Source: Vitrella brassicaformis CCMP3155 (lineage: Eukaryota; Protista; Chromerida). From it: a stretch of 64,000 nucleotides of DNA. Shown here one piece after another: positions 61,501-64,000 of the stretch. Within the stretch, counting starts at the first letter, position 1. Each line of letters starts with the position of its first letter. A program made the position numbers and the translations under genes. The notes under the pieces are model-generated. The model searched no databases and was not told where the DNA came from. It worked only from the letters and a program-made list of their open reading frames with translations. Where the stretch lies: positions 1 through 64,000 of the forward strand of contig CDMY01000407.1 of assembly GCA_001179505.1 (NCBI GenBank). Reading direction: 5' to 3'.

Positions 61501-61944
61501 TGTGGCGACGGCCACCGCCCCTGCCGCCCCGCCCACCGCCTCTGCCGTGTCGTGAACCACCGTGGCGACGGTTTTGCCGCTGGTGCTGGTCCTGGTCCTG
61601 ATGGTGTGGAGGTGGCTCCAAAGGTCGGCCATGCGGCTCCCCTGGTCCATTCACGGGAGCGTCCTGGTTGTTGGTGGGCGAGGGCTGTGCCGGACGGCTC
61701 GATGAGTCTCGAACATCCCAGACATCCGACCCCCGCGGGCCGGGATGTCTGAACGGGCACTCATGTCCACGCCTGACAGAAAGACCAACACAACAGACAG
61801 CGACACCACCGCCAGCATTCTCTCTCATGCCGCTGGCTCACGTTCCTCTCTCTGTTCCTGTCTGTCTGTGTCGACTTGCCTGCAGCCGAGGCCAGTGGCT
61901 GGTTTGAAGTAATAACACACCCTGTCTTCCTTCCAACGAGACAT
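57743..61944 (-). CDS. MKRN: Makorin-like CCCH zinc finger / RING E3 ubiquitin ligase with long disordered regions
   Basis: CCCH1 is CYYFKPATGLGCR|RGHECPFRH and CCCH2 is CRFFQAGTCSKG|VECPDSH. These are followed by a Cys-His motif (CPLCG...H..QC), the RING CVICME...CGHFFCMDCI...CPVCR, and CCCH3 CPDFKRTGTCRYGRRCVYRH. An in-frame TAA lies upstream of the ATG at 61944. Confidence 0.88.
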
Positions 61945-62418
61945 GGGGGTACGATGGGAGGCGTCTCGGCGCACTTATGCCATCTGCTGCCCCGCTGCAC
62001 CACAGAAACGATGAGAGGGTCGCCCTGCACGCCGTACTCCTGCTCCTGCTGCTTGCGGGCGACCTGAACCGACGCACGCACAAACGGACGGAATGGCCTC
62101 TTTTCAGTTGTCGAGTGGTCGTGCTGCCCTCCCTGGCACCCCTACCTGCTGCTCACGTATCTCCTCCTATCTTCTGCTGCGCGCAACAGCGGCTGAAGGA
62201 CCGAGCGATTGTTGCCGGTCTGCTAACCAACCACAGCACCCACCGTGGGTGGTGAATTCACTCCAACAACAGCCCAGAGGAAAAAGGCGCAGTCAGCTCT
62301 TCTCCCCAAGCTCGCAATGGGAATCGCGACTCTGTCTTCCCTAAACCCCCCAAAGCGTAGGTGCCTCCTAACGCAGCTCCCACGCCTGTCAAGCAGCTTG
62401 GAACGTCAGTCGCGCAAC

Positions 62419-63357
62419 ATGACGCAAAACGCCGAGGCTGATTTCGCCGATGGAAACGCCCGGATGCAGGTACGTGACGCACACAGCAGAGGAGGCACAC
62501 AGGGCACGCCAGCGGTGCGATGGAAGCCACAGGAAGGCAGAGAGCTGCAGGGGAGGGAGGCAGAGTGGGGGGAAGGGGTGCGATCGACTGGCTGCATGTG
62601 GGAGAGAGATGGCTGCTGCGGCAGATCTAGCGCAGCGAGGAGGCTGTGTGTGTGCACATGGGGCGTGTCTGAGCAGCCGGATACGACAGGACAGATTGTG
62701 TGTGGCGCGGCGCAGACTTGTTCGCAGAGACACGTGTTCCCTTTCTGCCTGTCTGTCTGTCTGGACAGATATCGGGTTCCAAGAGTCGCAATTTCTACCT
62801 GCGTGTGGCCCGTCGCTTCTTCGGCGGCTCCAAGGAGCGGCCTGCGGTGGACGAGCTGCTCGTGACGGCGCTGGGAACCGCCATGAACAGCGCAGTCGCC
62901 ATCTCAGACTCGCTCGTCAAAAACCAGGTGAGCAACAAAGACGCACAGGCCAACCAGCAGACCAGCAGGGAGGCAGGCGTGCCGCGGCTGACGTGTGTGG
63001 TTTGTCTGCTGTGCGTATTGGGTACGGTGCGTATATATGTCAGGTTGCGACGGTGGTCAACATCGAGACCTCCTACTACAAGAGCGAAGACGAGAGCCGC
63101 GGTAAGTAAGAGAGCAACCAACCAACCACAAAGCACAGCACACAACAGCTGGCCAGTGGTGGCTGACGTGCCTGACGTGTGTCGTTCGTGTGTGTGTGTT
63201 GTTTGTAGGCACTTCTCGTTCCATTCCGAAGCTGAGCATCAAGATGAAGAAGAACCCCGACTGGAAGTACGAGCCGGAGGACGAGAAGGAGGGCGAGCAC
63301 GACGACACACACGAGGAACACGACGAAGCCGAAGAGGCACACGAGGAGGAGGAATAA
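62419..63357 (+). CDS. Alba-domain nucleic-acid-binding protein (apicomplexan Alba3-like) with an acidic, His-containing tail; 4 exons
   Basis: Exons are 62419-62469, 62769-62927, 63044-63101 and 63209-63357. They read ISGSKSRNFYLRVARRFF...DELLVTALGTAMNSAVAI...IETSY...IPKLSIKMKKNPDW. Confidence 0.85.
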
Positions 63358-64000
63358 ATGAATGCATCGACCCATCGACCACACAACACACATCACACGA
63401 CCGACCGACCGACCGACACACATCGGCAGGGCGGACGGGCGGGCGGGCGGGAGAATGGGGGCGGGCAACGGGAGGGAGTGGTGTAGTCCTATCAATATAT
63501 AACTAAATGGCCGGCCGACCGAGTGGCCGGCAGCCGCAACACGCAGCACAGCTGACCTGTGCTGCGTGTGTAAGTGGGTGCCTGGCTGGCTGGCTGGCTG
63601 GTTGGTTGGGTCGTGGGTATGATATGTACTTGTGTTGTATGTACTTGCCTGACTGCCTTGCCTAGGTACCATTATAACCCTGACTGACTCACTGACTGAC
63701 TGCCTGTCTGATTGTGTGTGTGTGTGTGAATCTCTGTAAACCCTTTCATTCATGATGTAGCACTCACGGAGAGGGAGGGAGGGAGGGCAAAAAGACAGAC
63801 AGACAGATCCCTCACACCATGTTTGGCTGGGCCGGCCACGCCACGTCATGCAGTCACGCACACACGCGCGCGAGGGACAGCACGATTGGGCAGTCGACAG
63901 AGCAGATGCGGAGGTGTGTTTTCACTTTCTGTGCCTGCTTTGTCCACCAACCGGTCGATGTGTCCTTCGCTCGTTCTTTTTGCCCATTTGCTGGATCATT

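Noticed and set aside
1-64000. tRNA, rRNA, snRNA or spliced-leader genes
   Set aside because: I saw no cloverleaf with T-loop/D-loop consensus, rRNA-like tract or Sm-site RNA by eye. A covariance-model scan would be needed to exclude small ncRNAs.

Overview
This is eukaryotic, GC-rich, intron-dense DNA. Its introns are short and full of (GT)n, (GATG)n and (GACT)n repeats, and there are two 300-N gaps. The gene content points to a photosynthetic alveolate with a complex red plastid, most likely a chromerid such as Vitrella (inference). About 18 spliced genes can be reconstructed by hand: a Ser/Thr kinase carrying an apparent frameshift, a CYP97-type carotenoid hydroxylase, an acylated EF-hand-like protein, a plastid-targeted helical-repeat protein, Xaa-Pro aminopeptidase, dynein light chain LC8, a BTB protein, an SLC5 Na+/solute symporter, a PHT1/PHO84-type phosphate transporter, Hsp10, a CFAP210-like coiled-coil protein, nuclear PsaF, an NPSN-type SNARE, plastid EngA/Der, a Makorin-like CCCH/RING ligase, Alba, and several hypotheticals. 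Most of these genes sit in tight head-to-head pairs. The strongest lead is that nuclear PsaF runs in frame into a PsaJ-like helix, giving an apparent PsaF-PsaJ fusion. A 468-bp Tc1/mariner-type MITE has inserted into a splice acceptor and recreated it. The kinase 5' exons are present as an inverted duplicate. Two retropepsin-like paralogs both lack the catalytic Asp. The CYP97 presequence region carries three CP heme-motif candidates. A perfect 20-bp hairpin, a family of 32-nt intron-like repeats and two GC-AG introns were also found. All gene models are manual and unverified by RNA data.
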